DNA of 64,000 nucleotides from Eledone cirrhosa. Its lineage: Eukaryota. How positions within the stretch are numbered: the stretch's first letter is position 1; every line of letters starts with the position of its first letter. The position numbers were made by a program, and so were the translations under genes. The notes under the pieces were generated by a model. That model ran no database searches. It was not told the origin of the DNA and was given only the letters and a program-made list of their open reading frames with translations. Location: NCBI GenBank assembly GCA_964016885.1, contig OZ024753.1, forward strand, positions 27,900,001 through 27,964,000, in the 5' to 3' direction. Below, one piece after another: positions 1-14,355 of the stretch.

Positions 1-1256
1 GGGTGTGTAACAACAACACTGCCTCAGATATGTGAATATTACTGTAACAACAGTGTAGGATATTTGGGTGTGTAACAACAACACTGCCTCAGATATGTGA
101 ATATTACTGTAACAACAGTGTAGGATATTTGGGTGTGTAACAGCAACACTGCCTCAGATATGTGAATATTACTGTAACAACAGTGTAGGATATTTGGGTG
201 TGTAACAACAACACTGCCTCAAATATGTGAATATTACTGTAACAACAGTGTAGGATATTTGGGTGTGTAACAACAACACTGCCTCAGATATGTGAATATT
301 ACTGTAACAACAGTGTAGGATATTTGGGTGTGTAACAGCAACACTGCCTCAGATATGTGAATATTACTGTAACAACAGTGTAGGATATTTGGGTGTGTAA
401 CAACAACACTGCCTCAGATATGTGAATAATACTGTAACAACAGTGTAGGATATTTGGGTGTGTAACAACAACACTGCCTCAAATATGTGAATAATACTGT
501 AACAACAGTGTAGGATATTTGGGTGTGTAACAACAACACTGCCTCAGATATGTGAATATTACTGTAACAACAGTGTAGGATATTTGGGTGTGTAACAGCA
601 ACACTGCCTCAGATATGTGAATAATACTGTAACAACAGTGTAGGATATTTGGGTGTGTAACAGCAACACTGCCTCAGATATGTGAATAATACTGTAACAA
701 CAGTGTAGGATATTTGGGTGTGTAACAACAACACTGCCTCAGATATGTGAATAATACTGTAACAACAGTGTAGGATATTTGGGTGTGTAACAGCAACACT
801 GCCTCAGATATGTGAATAATACTGTAACAACAGTGTAGGATATTTGGGTGTGTAACAACAACACTGCCTCAGATATGTGAATATTACTGTAACAACAGTG
901 TAGGATATTTGGGTGTGTAACAACAACACTGCCTCAGATATGTGAATATTACTGTAACAACAGTGTAGGATATTTGGGTATGTAACAACAACACTGCCTC
1001 AAATATGTGAATATTACTGTAACAACAGTGTAGGATATTTGGGTATGTAACAACAACACTGCCTCAAATATGTGAATATTACTGTAACAACAGTGTAGGA
1101 TATTTGGGTGTGTAACAGCAACACTGCCTCAGATATGTGAATATTACTGTAACAACAGTGTAGGATATTTGGGTGTGTAACAACAACACTGCCTCAAATA
1201 TGTGAATATTACTGTAACAACAGTGTAGGATATTTGGGTGTGTAACAACAACACTG
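1..1256. repeat. 65-bp tandem satellite/minisatellite, ~19 copies, runs off the window start
   Basis: Unit gggtgtgtaacaacaacactgcctcagatatgtgaatattactgtaacaacagtgtaggatattt recurs at 1, 66, 131 and onward, with only a few variable sites. Confidence 0.97.
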
Positions 1257-1449
1257 TTTCATTTGTACCTTATTTAATCCAGCCCTCCAGATATGTTAAC
1301 AAAGCATAGGATTTGTTGATCACACCTAGTTGTTCAACTGACTACCTGTATCTCACAAATCTGCTGTATTTGTGTATATAAGGACTTGTAACTTCTGATA
1401 GAGTCGTAGGGACATCATCATGACATACAGCATGTATTGAACACTTTAA

Positions 1450-1668
1450 CCCTTTAGCATTTACATTACTCTATATTTTCTATTGTATTTTCATTGTAAA
1501 CACTTTATCTCATAACTCTCTCACATATTATTGAATCTATGAGATTTTGATATTATTTATTTTGAGAAGAATACTTTAACGTCAGTATGACAAGCTGGCT
1601 ATGGCAGGTTTGAACAGAAAGAGGTGAGAGAATTCTGGCTGGATATGGACGGTTTAAATGCTAAAGGG
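1450..1668. mobile_element. piggyBac-type MITE (TTAA target)
   Basis: TTAA|CCCTTTAGCATTTA...TAAATGCTAAAGGG|TTAA. Related copies lie in the opposite orientation at 7872-8040 and 45531-45738. Confidence 0.85.
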
Positions 1669-3165
1669 TTAAACTTGGCACAGTCCATCCCCTCTCTAGA
1701 TCTGAACTCAGCTAATTTCTTCCAGAGAAGGAAAGAGAGAAAGAAAAAAATAATAAAGTGAAAGAATCAATCCAAATACTGGATTGATACTTCTATTATT
1801 GACCTTGAAAGGATGAAAAACAAAATTGACCTCATCAGAATTTGAACACCTATCCAATGTTCTAACAACTCTGCATCTTACTTTATTTAAGACTACAAAA
1901 CAGAACAAAAAAATGGATTTAGACACTATAAGCAAATCATTAGAGTGTTGGACTAAATGTTTTGCTGTATTTGTTCAAATTCTCTGCACTCTGAGTTCAA
2001 ATGTCACCAAGGTCAACTTAGCCTTTCATCCTTTTTGGGGTTGATAAATAAAGTAAGTAAAGGGGTAGTGGATTTGTGGAATTGTTAATGCTTCGAGTAG
2101 TATGCTTTTATGGCATGTGTTCCAGCTATGTATATACTAAGTTCAAATCCCACCTCCTGTCACCAGAAATTGGGTCTATGCTCCTGCCCCAAAGTTGTGA
2201 TTAACAAATACTATTTGCAATGGAAACAGTTTCCTTGGTCTGATCTAAGGATTTACCCTATCATTTCATTACATAGATCTGATTGTTACCCACAGTTGGG
2301 ATCTTATCTGCAAATATATATATATGGAGACATAACAAAAAGCACCCAGCCAACACTGTAAATGTGGTTGGCATTAGGAAGGGCATCCAGCCATAGAAAT
2401 CTAGCCAGAAACAGTCCTATATGAACAAGACACAGTCACCTGACCAAACTTGCCTTTAATGAGACAAACCCATCTAACTCATGCTAGCATGGAAAATAGA
2501 CATTAAATGATGATGATGATGATGATATGTATATATATATTTCTTTAGTGATTGTTATTTCCTGGACATATTCATTGATCTATGATATACGTGTTCAGAA
2601 TATAGAAAATATAATTTCAGCATTTCTTGAACTGGCTGGCTACTGTTATATTACCTAAAGTACCAGTAATGCACTTGTGCCTAAAGTAGAAACAGTTATA
2701 TTACCTAATAAATTAATATAGTCTTGAGCAAACAAGAGTGCTTGACCTGCTCAATAAAACAGCCAAATCTGCAAATCACAACCTACCATCTCATAGAAAG
2801 AAGGATGCACTGATCAATAAGGGTCCTTCTACAATATACACAACACACATAATAAAGCCATTTCGTTGCTAAAGCAGGGATTTGTCTTACAGGCCTCATT
2901 ATAGACTTCGTATACATCATGGGGCCCTTCTTGAGGTAATGTTTTTTAGCCAGATACCCTTCCTGGCACCAACCCTTTTAGTTACTCCTTACAACATGCA
3001 GGGATATGATGTAACTATTCTAAACAAAATATACAATGTGCCTGAATAAAAAACGAAGATATGGTCATGGCTGAAACATCTCTGATCACCTGTCTGTTCA
3101 ATCAGGGCTATACTACCAACAACAGATAAATAATATGAAAGTTTATATCACTAAATCCCTACAAA

Positions 3166-3342
3166 CAGTGCTAGATTTAGGACAAATAAGGCCCTGCGAT
3201 ATTTAAGTTATGACGCCCCTTACTTGGGCCCTGAAGGAGGTAATTCATCGTAAAAAAATTTTTGGCAGGCAGATGCCCCCCATCCTCGCCAATGGGGCCC
3301 TTTGATTAAGCATACCTGAGCTCAATGGTAAATCCAGCACTG
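3166..3342. mobile_element. hAT-like MITE
   Basis: Terminal inverted repeats CAGTGCTAGATTTA / TAAATCCAGCACTG. The 8-bp TSD is degenerate. Confidence 0.6.
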
Positions 3343-3841
3343 GTTACTAACTCTTGGTTATTTTCGAAATTATTTGAAAATCATATGCAGTGTCTTTCAT
3401 TAGAAACATGTTAAATGAATGGGTTAAGTCATGACAGCTTAACAACAGCAAACAGTATTTAGGAAAGAATGACATGATAGGTATGACCTTGTTTTTTTGT
3501 TGTTTGCTGTTAATGACACAACTATTCATATTCCTTAGTTTATTGATTCACTCTTCTGTCAGATACTTCTTTCTTCACTACTTGGCCATTACCATTATAT
3601 TGATTTCATTTGGCAAAGGGCCCGTTACTGTACAGCCAGGGGTTATAGTCGATACAACCAGCCGCACTCTCTCTCAAACTACAGCATACTACAGATACTT
3701 CATTCTCAATAATTCAGTTCACTGTTTTTTGTATTTAGTTGTAGTTGTTTGGAATTATTTAGTCCAAGGAGAGAAGTTGATGTAGGTGGAAGTGGTGTAG
3801 CACCAACAACTCTTTGATTCTTCATTTCACAATACAGAGTG

Positions 3842-3874
<33 letters not shown>

Positions 3875-4179
3875 CTGAGGTGCTAGATGTAGTTGATTTT
3901 CAACTTGAACTTTAGCACATCAACGTCTGTAGGGACAAGTTCAGCAAGGAGGGAATTTCCAATGAAAGGGTTGCAGAGATGATTGGGTGGTTGAGCAAGG
4001 TGAGGGTAGGGAAAGAATGGTAACACAGTAGATGTGATTAGAGAAACAGTTTAATTAGATGTCCTTTAACAATCACAGTAGAATATGGTGTACAGCCCTT
4101 CCTAATAACACATCTATAGTATTACACCTGTTAGATACGACAATCACTGAATACTGCAACCCCAATGCACTGCACACAC

Positions 4180-4705
4180 TACATATTACAATCACTACAA
4201 CCACTATACACCACAACCACTACACATCACAACCACTACACATTATACCTGTTACACACCACAACCACAACACACCTCAGCCGCTACACACTGCAACCAC
4301 TACACACTACACCACACCACTACACACTACACCACAACCAATACACACCTCAGCCGCTACACACTGCAACCACTACACACTACACCACACCACTACACAC
4401 TACACCACAACCACTACACACTACACCGCACCACTACACCACTACACACTACTCCACACCACTACACCACACCACTACACCACACCACTACACACTACAC
4501 CACACCACTACACACTACACCACAACCACTACACACTACACCACAACCACTACACACTACACTACACCACTACACACTACACCACAACCACTACACACTA
4601 CACCACAACCAGTACACACTACACCACACCACTACACACTACACCACAACCAATACACACTACACCACACCACTACACACTACAACCACTACACACCATA
4701 CCACA
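4180..4705. repeat. C/A-rich low-complexity minisatellite (CCACTACACACTACA-like)
   Basis: Direct inspection. It explains the His/Thr-rich ORFs at 4059-4745 and 4165-4713. Confidence 0.9.
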
Positions 4706-5020
4706 ATGGCTAAAATGGGATTCTTCTGAAGGGTCTTTGGAGTAATGTTACTCGATAAAGTGTATAGCTCGGAGATCAGAGAGTCAATTGAGGTAGCCAT
4801 TACTTCTCTGAATTGAGAGATCACAAATCTGATACTACGAGTATGTGGTTAGAATGTCTCAGGAAAGAACCGCTGGACAGATTTTATGGGCAAAAATAAG
4901 TGGCAAGAGACTCAGGGGTAGACTCTGAGTAAGTTGGTTGGATAACATCCATGAGCTTGGCTGGTCGCACTTGGGGATCCAGCCGGATCAGTTAGAGATG
5001 GTTTCTTCTGACAAGACCTG
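4706..5020 (+). pseudogene. RTE-like LINE C-terminal fragment
   Basis: Degenerate translation resembles LRWFGHV.RMSQER.A.QIL....GKR.RGR, the RTE C-terminal motif, with stops. Confidence 0.5.
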
Positions 5021-5839
5021 CTGCACCAACAACATCAGCACTACACTGACAACAACACTACACTTTGCTTTGACAACTTTGTTAATGTACTGCAAATATT
5101 CAATATTAATCTAAGTTTTACAACACGGGGCTACCATAGTACCTTACATTCATTTAAAACCTTTTATTACCATATTTTTAATGAAGACACTTCCTATAAT
5201 TTGAAAATTATTTGGAAAGTAATCAAGCCTCTGAGGTCAATAAAATAAAGCAGTGAGGTTGATATAATCAATTTCCCCTTCCACCCAATATTGCTGGCCT
5301 TGTGCCTAAATTAGAGATAATTATTAAGTTGGTGTTTCACGTATACGTTTCTTCCATAGAATGATGATGGAAGGTTTTTAGATAAATATATACACTTTAA
5401 AATAAGCAGCTTTGTGTCAGGGGTTATTTCGTTTGGATTGGCATCAATAGGGCTTAATTTTGCAATAACACAGGGCTACCATAATACCTTGCAGCCATTT
5501 TAATTTTGCAATAATTATTCCTACTATAGGCACAAGGCCAGCAATTTTAGGAGAATGGAAAGTCGATAAGTTGATTCTAGTGCATTACTAGTGCTTTATT
5601 TTATTAACCCCATAAGGATGAAAGGCAAAGGTAACCTTGGCAGGATTTGAACATAAAAAGCCGTAACTCTATGCCAATCCATCAATATTTTTGTAATAAT
5701 TGTTTCTTTGTAATAATATAAGATAGAGAGGATTATGGAGTGGTTGGTGATCAATTGAAGTCTACATAAGGTAGAGAGGACTCTTTAGTTATATTGAGGG
5801 TATTACAACCTCTCTAGTGATGGTCTAAAATTTAAAATC

Positions 5840-6080
5840 TGTCTTAAGCCAGAAGGCTTGTTAGGCCGGTGCTTATCTTGGTTTCATGGTGAGAAGCAAC
5901 TGAGAGTTCCTCCTGGACAGGACACCAGTCCATAGCAGGGTTAAACCCCCAGCTATAGCTGGCACTCATTTTCAGCTGAGTAAACTGGAGCAACGTGAAA
6001 TAAAGTGTTTTGCTCAAGAATACAACATGCAACCCAGCCCAAGAATCGAACCCATGACATTCGAACCACTAGGCCATGTA
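5840..6080 (-). mobile_element. tRNA-derived SINE (family B head, distinct 3' domain)
   Basis: Minus strand carries a B-box-like GGTTCGATTC and the core ttgtattcttgagcaaaacactttatttcacgttgctccagtttactcagctg shared with other copies. Confidence 0.7.
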
Positions 6081-6470
6081 CCTCCTAGTGATGGAGCCAC
6101 AATAAAATGTTGAAACATGAGCATTACATAGTCTCCTGACCTGTCGAGGAGGGCAATAGTTCTGAATAAGAACTAACTTGAACTGAGACAACACATTCAG
6201 CCCATGCTGGCATAGAAAACAGAAGTAAAATGATGGCGATGGGAAGGTTTGCATGAACCTCTTAAACAGTGTGTACCTAGCTTTAATAACTGCTCCAAAT
6301 TAATTATTCTCCCTCTTTCTTTTTTTTCTTTTTCAATAATCAACAGTGTGTTCAATGCTATAGAATTTCTCAAAAAAAAAAACACAAAGTCAATCAAATA
6401 TGGCTCCGATATATAACCAAGTATACAATTACCTTTCTTCCCATAGTACATCCTCCATCCCTCTCTCTCT

Positions 6471-6529
<59 letters not shown>

Positions 6530-6624
6530 CAGGGTGTCCCCAAAAATGTATACACTTTCATTAACTGTAGAGGCATTATTTATTAGAATGCTGTTGAAGT
6601 GTGTATACATTTTTTGGTGGCACC

Positions 6625-6627
<3 letters not shown>
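6530..6627. mobile_element. ~100-bp Tc1/mariner-type MITE
   Basis: TA|CAGGGTGTCCCCAAAAATGTATACAC...GTGTATACATTTTTTGGTGGCACCGTG|TA inside (TA)n. A second copy lies at 28245-28340. Confidence 0.85.
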
Positions 6628-6664
<37 letters not shown>

Positions 6665-6715
6665 CTCTCTGTCTCTATGTATGTATATCTATCTCTATCT
6701 GTCTCTCTCTCTCTA

Positions 6716-6749
<34 letters not shown>

Positions 6750-7871
6750 TATCTATCTCTGCTCACAGCCACTAATATCACTTGTCAATATATTTATATT
6801 TAACTTACTGGTGTTGGTTTACTAATCCATATACTTGTTTGTGTGTGTGAGAGAGAGAAAGAGTTTGTACAAATGTGAGAGGTATGTGTGTGTCTATATG
6901 TGTGTGTATCTATACATACATATATATATGTATGTATGTAAGTGTATATAAATATATATCTGTATGTGCATATGTATGATGTGTATCCCTTCATATATAC
7001 ATATATGTATGTAAGTGTATATATGTATATATCTATGTATGTGCATATGTATAATGTGTACCCATTCATATATGCATATATGTAAGTTTGTATGCATCTA
7101 TGTATGTGTACATATATGTGTGTGTAAGCATGTCTTGTTTAATCTGTGTATGTACTTTGTAAGCCTTGTATGTATGAAAGAGAGAGGGTGGGGGAGAAAG
7201 ATTTGTGCCAACAATGTAAGACCAGCTTTTATTTGACCTTGAATGGATTTACAAATGACAGGGTTGTGTGTGTTATGTATGTAGGTATATATAGTGTGTG
7301 TGTGAGTGAGAGAGGCAGAGATAATGTGTATGTGTTTGTTAAACATACCACTGCATTGAAATAAGTGCAATTAAATTGGTAACTGAACAGGGATGCCAGA
7401 TGGTTTCTTGTTGATATTATTGTTTAGCCATAGATCAACCCTGATCAAGCAAACCTATGATCATAAGAATTCCAGCCAAGATTGATCATCTCATTGATTT
7501 TCAGATAATATATCTAGGAGTACATTTACCCAATGGTTTCCAAATTTCTTATAAAATGGTAGGGTCCAAATTAGAGAGATTTGGCTGCTATTTCTTGTTG
7601 TTCAAGCAACCATGTAGAGGCTCTCTGGGAAATAGGGGGAAGTATCAATTGAACTTGTTTTAGGGAGTACCAATGAGAGGTAACTGGAGAGAACAGAATA
7701 TAGTAAGAGCTGGAGTAGAATGGACACTACCTTTGATATATAAAATAAAATTTGGAGAGATTTAGTAATATAACTAACTTTCTCGTTATAATGTTGGTAT
7801 TTAGAACATAACTTAAGAAAACATTTTTTAAAAAAATAGTAATGGAAGGTGTATATTTAAGCATGAATGCT

Positions 7872-8040
7872 CCCTTTAGCATTTAAACCAGCCAGAATTC
7901 TCTCACCTCTTCCTTTCAAACTGGTTGTAACTGGTTACTCATATTGATGTTAAGGTATTGTTCACAAAATAAATATCAAAGATAAAGCCTTTACCATGAA
8001 AATGTAATAGTAAATATAGAGTAATGTAAATGCTAAAGTG
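7872..8040. mobile_element. piggyBac-type MITE, nested in an older TTAA-type element
   Basis: CCCTTTAGCATTTA...TAAATGCTAAAGTG|TTAA, an inverted homologue of 1450-1668. Confidence 0.75.
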
Positions 8041-8994
8041 TTAAAACAAATACTTTTCTATCATAAAAGTTGGGACAGTTTCAGGAGTGTTAGTACAAAA
8101 AGGTTAACATAATTATCAAGCAGAAGTATTAGAGATCTAATAGATAACAAGGAGTATGAGACGAGATGCAGAAGTTCAAGTGACAGAGAGTAGCAGGGTT
8201 AAAACACCAAAGCAGTTGATCTATTTATTTTATTCTTTATTTATTGGTTTCAGTCATTTGATTGTGGCCAATCTGGAACACCACCTTGAAAGAATTTAGT
8301 TGATTTATATTGACCACAGTACTTATAATTTCAAGTCTCAAACTATGTGGTTGTGAAGTGAACTCCTTTACTACATTGCCATACCTAAAAATTTGGGTAC
8401 AATAATGTCATTAGTTACAGGTTTCCAAAGTGCATTTCTGATAGCAAGGTGGGGGAAGAGAGTGCATTGAACTTAGTGGACCTTAAGACGTGAATGATAC
8501 CTACCAGGTTATTTTTTAGGGTACTGGTACAATCCCCAAATGAAGGATCAAGTTTTAGTTTGCCTTGAAGCACCAATAGAACTTCAGTTATGGGGATATT
8601 GATGGAAACCAGGCTAGCTTGGTTGAGGTGCTGGTTTAGTCCCTTACAATCTGATCATGATCTACACACTGTAAATGAGGTTAGTGCTAAGAGGGGCATC
8701 CAGCTGAAGAAACCACACCAACATCAGTTCTGTAGGATATGGTCACCTGACCTGGCATTGCTTACAACAGGATAACTCGTCTAACCCAGCATGGAAAAAT
8801 GGACGTTAAATGGTGATGAGAATGATGATGCTTTGCTTATCACTTTGTGTCTATCTATATGTTCATATGTCTATGTGACTATATATATGTCAACTTTAGG
8901 GAATTGTACAGGTACCCTATTATTTAGGACTCCATATCAGGCTTAACATGAGCTTAAGACATGAAGAATGACTGACTCTTTCTCATTTCATAGA

Positions 8995-9455
8995 CAAAAC
9001 ATTTTGAAGAATATGTGCTGTTCTTAAAAGCACTAACTTCTGAAGAGTACTCACTTCATACTCTATATTGAGTTTTTTAAGTAGTCATGGAAATCTGGTT
9101 GGATTGATCCCAAAGCACCAAGGATCTGGCTTTCCATTCTGTGGCTATTTAGACTTTCTCTTTTTTTGTGAGTCTCCCTTTCCATCATAGATTCTTTCTT
9201 TTATGTCCTCCTTATTTTTTCATAGATACTTGCTCAAGCTCTCTTTCTCCACTGAAACTATCTCCTCACCACTGATCAGTCCTTTCCCACCTTCCACTAT
9301 TTTTGCATAGAGTCGTTCAAAGTCAGCCTGGGGGTGTAAGCCTTGATATATATTCAACATCTTTCTTGTTTTTCTATCTATGTTTTTCAGTTCATCGACC
9401 GTCCAGTCGATTATTCCAGTACCATATCTAACTGGAAAAATTGCCCTAATGAACA
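8995..9455 (-). pseudogene. R4/Dong-like (RLE) non-LTR retrotransposon 3' fragment
   Basis: ORF 9220-9459 reads RYGTGIIDWTVDELKNIDRKTRKML...LHPQADFERLY...GGKGL, the typical post-RT region of this clade. A degenerate C-terminus (GALGSI...LLRTAHILQNVL) follows. Confidence 0.75.
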
Positions 9456-9479
9456 TCAATTATTATTATGTTATCCAAG

Positions 9480-10180
9480 GTGATAGGGAAGAGGTTGGTA
9501 CTTGTCCACCTCATGCAATACAACATAGAGAGGGTAGGGTGTAAACCTGGCTTTGGTGGCGCTATGATCAATTTAGATCAATCAAAAGCTTTCGATAGGG
9601 TCGACCATCGATACCTGGAGGCTGTTCTCAAGGTAGCTGGCTTTGGTCCCAGTTTCAGAGGCTGGATCACTGCAATGCACAACAGCATCTGCTCAGAGAT
9701 CAAAGTAAATGGCCACCTTTTGGAACCATTTCAGATCACTTGATCAATCCATCAAGGGAGCCCTCTCTCCCTTCTTCTGTATGTATTGACTCACAAGCCT
9801 TTACTGCGGAAGCTAGAGCTGTTGCAGGGCATCCCGCTCAAATGAAGATGTGAAAAGGCTGCATTGGCATATGTGGACAACATCATCATGACGGTGTCAA
9901 ACACCTTGGAAATCAATGTGATTGGCACTTTCTTAGAGGAATATGAAAGGTTGACAGGAGCAAAATTAAATCCGGGAAAGTCGATGAATTTGCAGCTCAG
10001 CACCTTGAGTAGCAAATCCATGCCATTTGACAGCGTTGTTGGACACTGGATGGACAGACCAGTGAGGCTGCTCAGGATTTGGTTCAGTCCAGACCTCTAG
10101 GTAGATAAGAACTGGGACAAAGTAATGAGCAGATTGGCCACTCTCACCCAGAAATGGGCTGAGAGAAAGCTATTTGAGGT
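9480..10180 (+). pseudogene. Tx1/L1-clade reverse transcriptase fragment
   Basis: LDQSKAFDRVDHRYL..VL...GFGPSF..WI, QGSPLS.LLYVL and AYVDNI (YADD-like) motifs, interrupted by stops and frameshifts. Confidence 0.85.
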
Positions 10181-10747
10181 AAAGTGTAATTTACTGTAAC
10201 CTAAGGTCAACAAAAAGCATGTGAGTGAAATTGTGTATGCAGAAACTGGAAATATATCAGATGGACTGTGCCTATACAAATGGCCAGCCTTATTGTAAAT
10301 TGTGTCTCCTTAAGAATTACATTAATGGTACACATATTTGTGGAATGCTCAGCCACTTACACATTAATTTTATAAGCAGGCTGTTCCACTTGTCAAACTA
10401 ATGGAAATCGACCAGCTATCACCTTTTTTGTCAATAAAATAAATTATTATTGAAGTTAGCTTTGCCTTTCATTCTTACAGGATTGAAATAATAAAGTACC
10501 AGTAACGCACTGGAGTCGATTTAATCCTCTTTCCCCTTCCACCATATTGCTGGCCTTGTGCCTATACTAGAAACATTATTATTATTATATTATCATCATC
10601 ATCAATCCAATACAAATACAAATTATTTGAATTTAACTGTATCCACATCTATTGGTTCCATTTTTAGAACTTCTTTTAACCAGATTGGCCTCTCACGCAC
10701 AAACACAGAGACACACACACACAGACACAGATACACATACACACACA

Positions 10748-10796
<49 letters not shown>

Positions 10797-11309
10797 ACAG
10801 ATACACATCTGTGAATATGTCTACTTGCTGTTTTGGCTAAACATAATGCAAAGATCACTGGAGCTTGTGGAGCTCGTCTCTATTTTCTGTTAACTCTTTC
10901 ATCACCATATTCCCAATGGAAGACACTGTCTATGTTTTTCAATTACTTTTGAAAACACTAAAAAAAAAATTAGTGAAATTTAATAAAAAAAATAACTAAA
11001 TTTTCATGATTAAGTTGATGTATTTGTGTATAGGGTGGGGTTGGATGCCAGTCAATGGATTTTACATCAGATGCCACAATAACTCTTCCAGTTTTTCCAA
11101 TCAATTGAACAGTCTAGTCATTGAAGTATAGCATAAATGTCTGAGTATTCCTCGGACACTTGTACCCATAACATCAATCTTCATGAATAATCAGTGTGAT
11201 ACTGTTGTGATGAAGCTGATTCTCTGAATTACAGCTGCAGTATCTCTTCTTTATATATATATATATATAAATATGTTTGTGTGTGTGTATATATGCATTC
11301 ATACAGATG

Positions 11310-11345
<36 letters not shown>

Positions 11346-11519
11346 GTGCAATTACCTTCATTACACATAACCTTTGGTAAGCACCCTGAGTACAGATTTG
11401 CATCCTTAATACGTCTAATCTTGTCTCATTGAGTACATTATTAGAGCAATAGGGTAATAGTGAATATTTTCCCCTTTAGCCTTGTTTTAACTATAAACAG
11501 TATATGTGTGTGTATGTGT

Positions 11520-11835
11520 GTAGATCTGGAGTAGGCTTTTGATAGGGTCCTTCCTACTGTAAATTTGGTGGGCATTAAGGAAGCTAAGTGGAGACCAATG
11601 AATCTTGGGGGCTATGTAAACCATATACAGAGGTGAAAGGTGGCTACGAGTATAGTGATGATTCTGAAGTGCAGGTAAGGCTCCTCCACCAGAGCTCAGT
11701 CCTCAATCCACTTCTGTTTATCATTGTTCTTCATGCCATAATAGAGGAGTTAAGTCTGGCACTCCATGTATGCTGATGACCTAGTTTCTTATAGTTGAAT
11801 CCATGGAAGAGTTAGAGGCAAAACTCCAGATATTG
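11520..11835 (+). pseudogene. RTE-clade reverse transcriptase fragment
   Basis: DLE.AFDRV, HQSSVLNPLLFIIV and YADDLV motifs in broken frames. Confidence 0.75.
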
Positions 11836-11871
11836 AACAGATATTGAACTCCAACAATTGAAATATATATC

Positions 11872-12195
11872 ATCATCATTTCATTTTACGTCTGCTTTTT
11901 CCCTGCTTGCAAGGGGGGGACAGGAACTGATTCTGGCTTGATTTCTACAGCTGGATGCCCTTCCTAACACCAACCTCATTTAGAGTGAGTGCTGGGTGCT
12001 TTTTTGCCGTGGCACCTCCACAACCACTTTGCAGTGGAATGATATGGACCCCAGTCCCTATTATCTCATTTCTACAGCTGAGTAAACTGGAGCAATGTGA
12101 AATAAAGTGTCTTGCTCAAGGAAACAACACATCACACGGTCTGAGAATTGAACTCACAACCTTTCGATTTGCAAGCCCAATGCTCTAACCACTAT
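11872..12195 (-). mobile_element. tRNA-derived SINE family B with (GAT)n tail
   Basis: Close inverted homologue of 22731-23048, with a tRNA-like head near 12140-12192. Confidence 0.8.
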
Positions 12196-13650
12196 ACCAT
12201 CATCATCATCATTTTACATCCGCTTTTCGCTGCTTGCAAGGGTGGGACTATATATATATATATATAGTTCAAGGAAACGACAAAACAGAGGTACAAAAAG
12301 TCTTATTATATATATATATATTTATATCTTCCCTGGGATTTTAGTAGAGTTAAAGAGAGAGTTAGCTGTTTGTGCGAAGGAGAGAACCAACTGTGCCACT
12401 AAGGTTAGTCTTTGAGAAGAAAATGTAAAAGAAAGACTAGAACAATGAAATAAATAAATCTATAAAATAAATCAATAAAATCAAATATAACGAAAATAAA
12501 GAATTCAATATATAAAACTATATATGACCTTTACTGACCACTTGTACTATAGTTAATGGTACTTAAATCAATAGGGAAATCTGATCTTTCTCACTCTCTC
12601 TCTCTCACATGTGCGCGCGCACACACACCACACATATGTATGTAAGTATGTGTGTATTTATGCATGTATTTATAGGACACAAACATTTACACACACATAT
12701 ACTATATATATAATTACACACACACACACACACACACAAATATATATATATATGTCAGTGTTCAGTCCCAACCTCAACTCTTTTTGTTGTTCAGTCAGTA
12801 TGAAGTCTGTATTATTAATGGTGTTGGCAACATTAACAATAAATATTTATTGTTGGATATAGTAACAGCAGCAGCAGCAGCAGCAGCAGCAGGAGCAGCA
12901 GTGGTGATGGTGAACGTACTAATAGTAATTGTGGAGATATGGGTGGTTGTGATAGTGGTTCAATGTTGATGGAGTTGGTTGTGGTTACAGCTGTGGTGAT
13001 GGATGTAGTTGTTGTTGTGATGGTGGTTTCACATTAGTGACCATGATAGAGTTAGTAGTAGTGTGATTGTGGTTATGGAGGTAGTTGTTGCTGTGATAAT
13101 ATTGGTTTCTGATTTAGGCACAAGGCCAATAATTTGGGGGAAAAGAAAGTCGATTAAATAGAACCCAGTGCATTTCTGGTACTTTATTTTTTTACCCCTC
13201 CATAAGGATGAAATTCAAAGTTAACCACGGCAGGATTTGAACTCAGATTGTAAAGGGGCTTAACCCTATGCCATAAATTCTGTTGTTAGACGCTCAAATG
13301 ATACTGGCAGTGATAATATTGGTAGACGGTTGTGATGCTAGTAGTTTTTGTGATTTTATAATTTGGTTGAATAGAAAATTACATTTATTTCTAGTATTTG
13401 GATAAAATACTATCACCACTCACAGTTATTAATAAGACAAGGTCACTAACTATAAACATCTATATCTTCAAATCTATTTTATCAATCATCTTCATCAGAA
13501 TCGGTAGAGCGTCGGACATGTTTTATGGTATAGAGTTACAGTCCTTTACATTCTGAGTTCAAATCCCAGTGACGTTAGCTTTGTCTTTCATTCTTACGGG
13601 GTCAATAAAATAAAGTACCAGTAATGCACTGGGGTTGATTTAATCAACTC

Positions 13651-13687
<37 letters not shown>

Positions 13688-14169
13688 GGCCTTGTGCCTG
13701 TAGTAGGAATCCTTTTCGCCAGCTGAATTGACAGGAACAATATGCTCAAGGTCACAGCATACTACCCTGACCATGAATAATACTCACAACCTTACAATCA
13801 TGAGCTTAACACCGTAACCACTATGCCTTTCCATATATCTACACATGTGTTGAAAATATTGAATGGCCCACGTGAGCATTACCCTACATTTTCTGTTAGG
13901 TGTGGTACAGTAACATGTTCTTTCATGTAATAGAATAACTAAAAATAAATAAATAAATAAAGAGGAGAAAGAGAAGAAAGAGGAGTAATAATGATTTCTA
14001 CTTTTGGCACAAGGCCAGCAATTAGAGAGAAGGAGAAAGTTGATTACATCAACACAGTATTTATCTGATACTTTATTTTATGAACTCCGGAAGGATGAAA
14101 GGCAAAGTTGTAACTACCATGAAGCATTTTGTCCAATGCTTTGCCAATCCACTGCACTGGAGTAATAAT

Positions 14170-14355
14170 TGTTTCTACTTTTGGCACAAGGCCAGTAATT
14201 ACCCAGTGCATTACTGGTACTTTATTTTATCGACCCTGTAGGGATGAAAGGCAAAGTTAACCACGGCGGGATTTGAACTCAGAATGGCAAGGGCCGTAAC
14301 TCTATGCGTCAAAGCATGGCGTCCGACCCTCTACCGATACTGCCAATCCACCGCC
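14170..14355 (-). mobile_element. Young tRNA-derived SINE family A
   Basis: Head GGCGGTGGATTGGCAGTATCGG, B-box GAGTTCAAATCC, core GCCTTTCATCC...GGTCGATAAAATAAAGTACCAG. 13-bp TSD CTGGAGTAATAAT at 14157 and 14356. Confidence 0.9.

Noticed and set aside
1-1256. CRISPR-like appearance of the regular arrays (also 18150-20620)
   Set aside because: No unique spacers and no cas genes, in a eukaryotic context. These are plain tandem repeats.
4059-4745. His/Thr-rich ORFs
   Set aside because: Translations of a C/A low-complexity repeat, open in several frames.
11658-11680. Phase-2 donor ATG...GCAG|GTAAGG as the Kv1 first exon
   Set aside because: It lies within an RTE reverse transcriptase relic and has the wrong length.
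12866-13100. (GCA)n poly-Ala and Val-rich ORF
   Set aside because: Simple trinucleotide-rich low-complexity DNA with no exon evidence.
14170-14355. tRNA genes suggested by GTTCAAATCC B-boxes
   Set aside because: No cloverleaf. These are dispersed SINE heads with TSDs.
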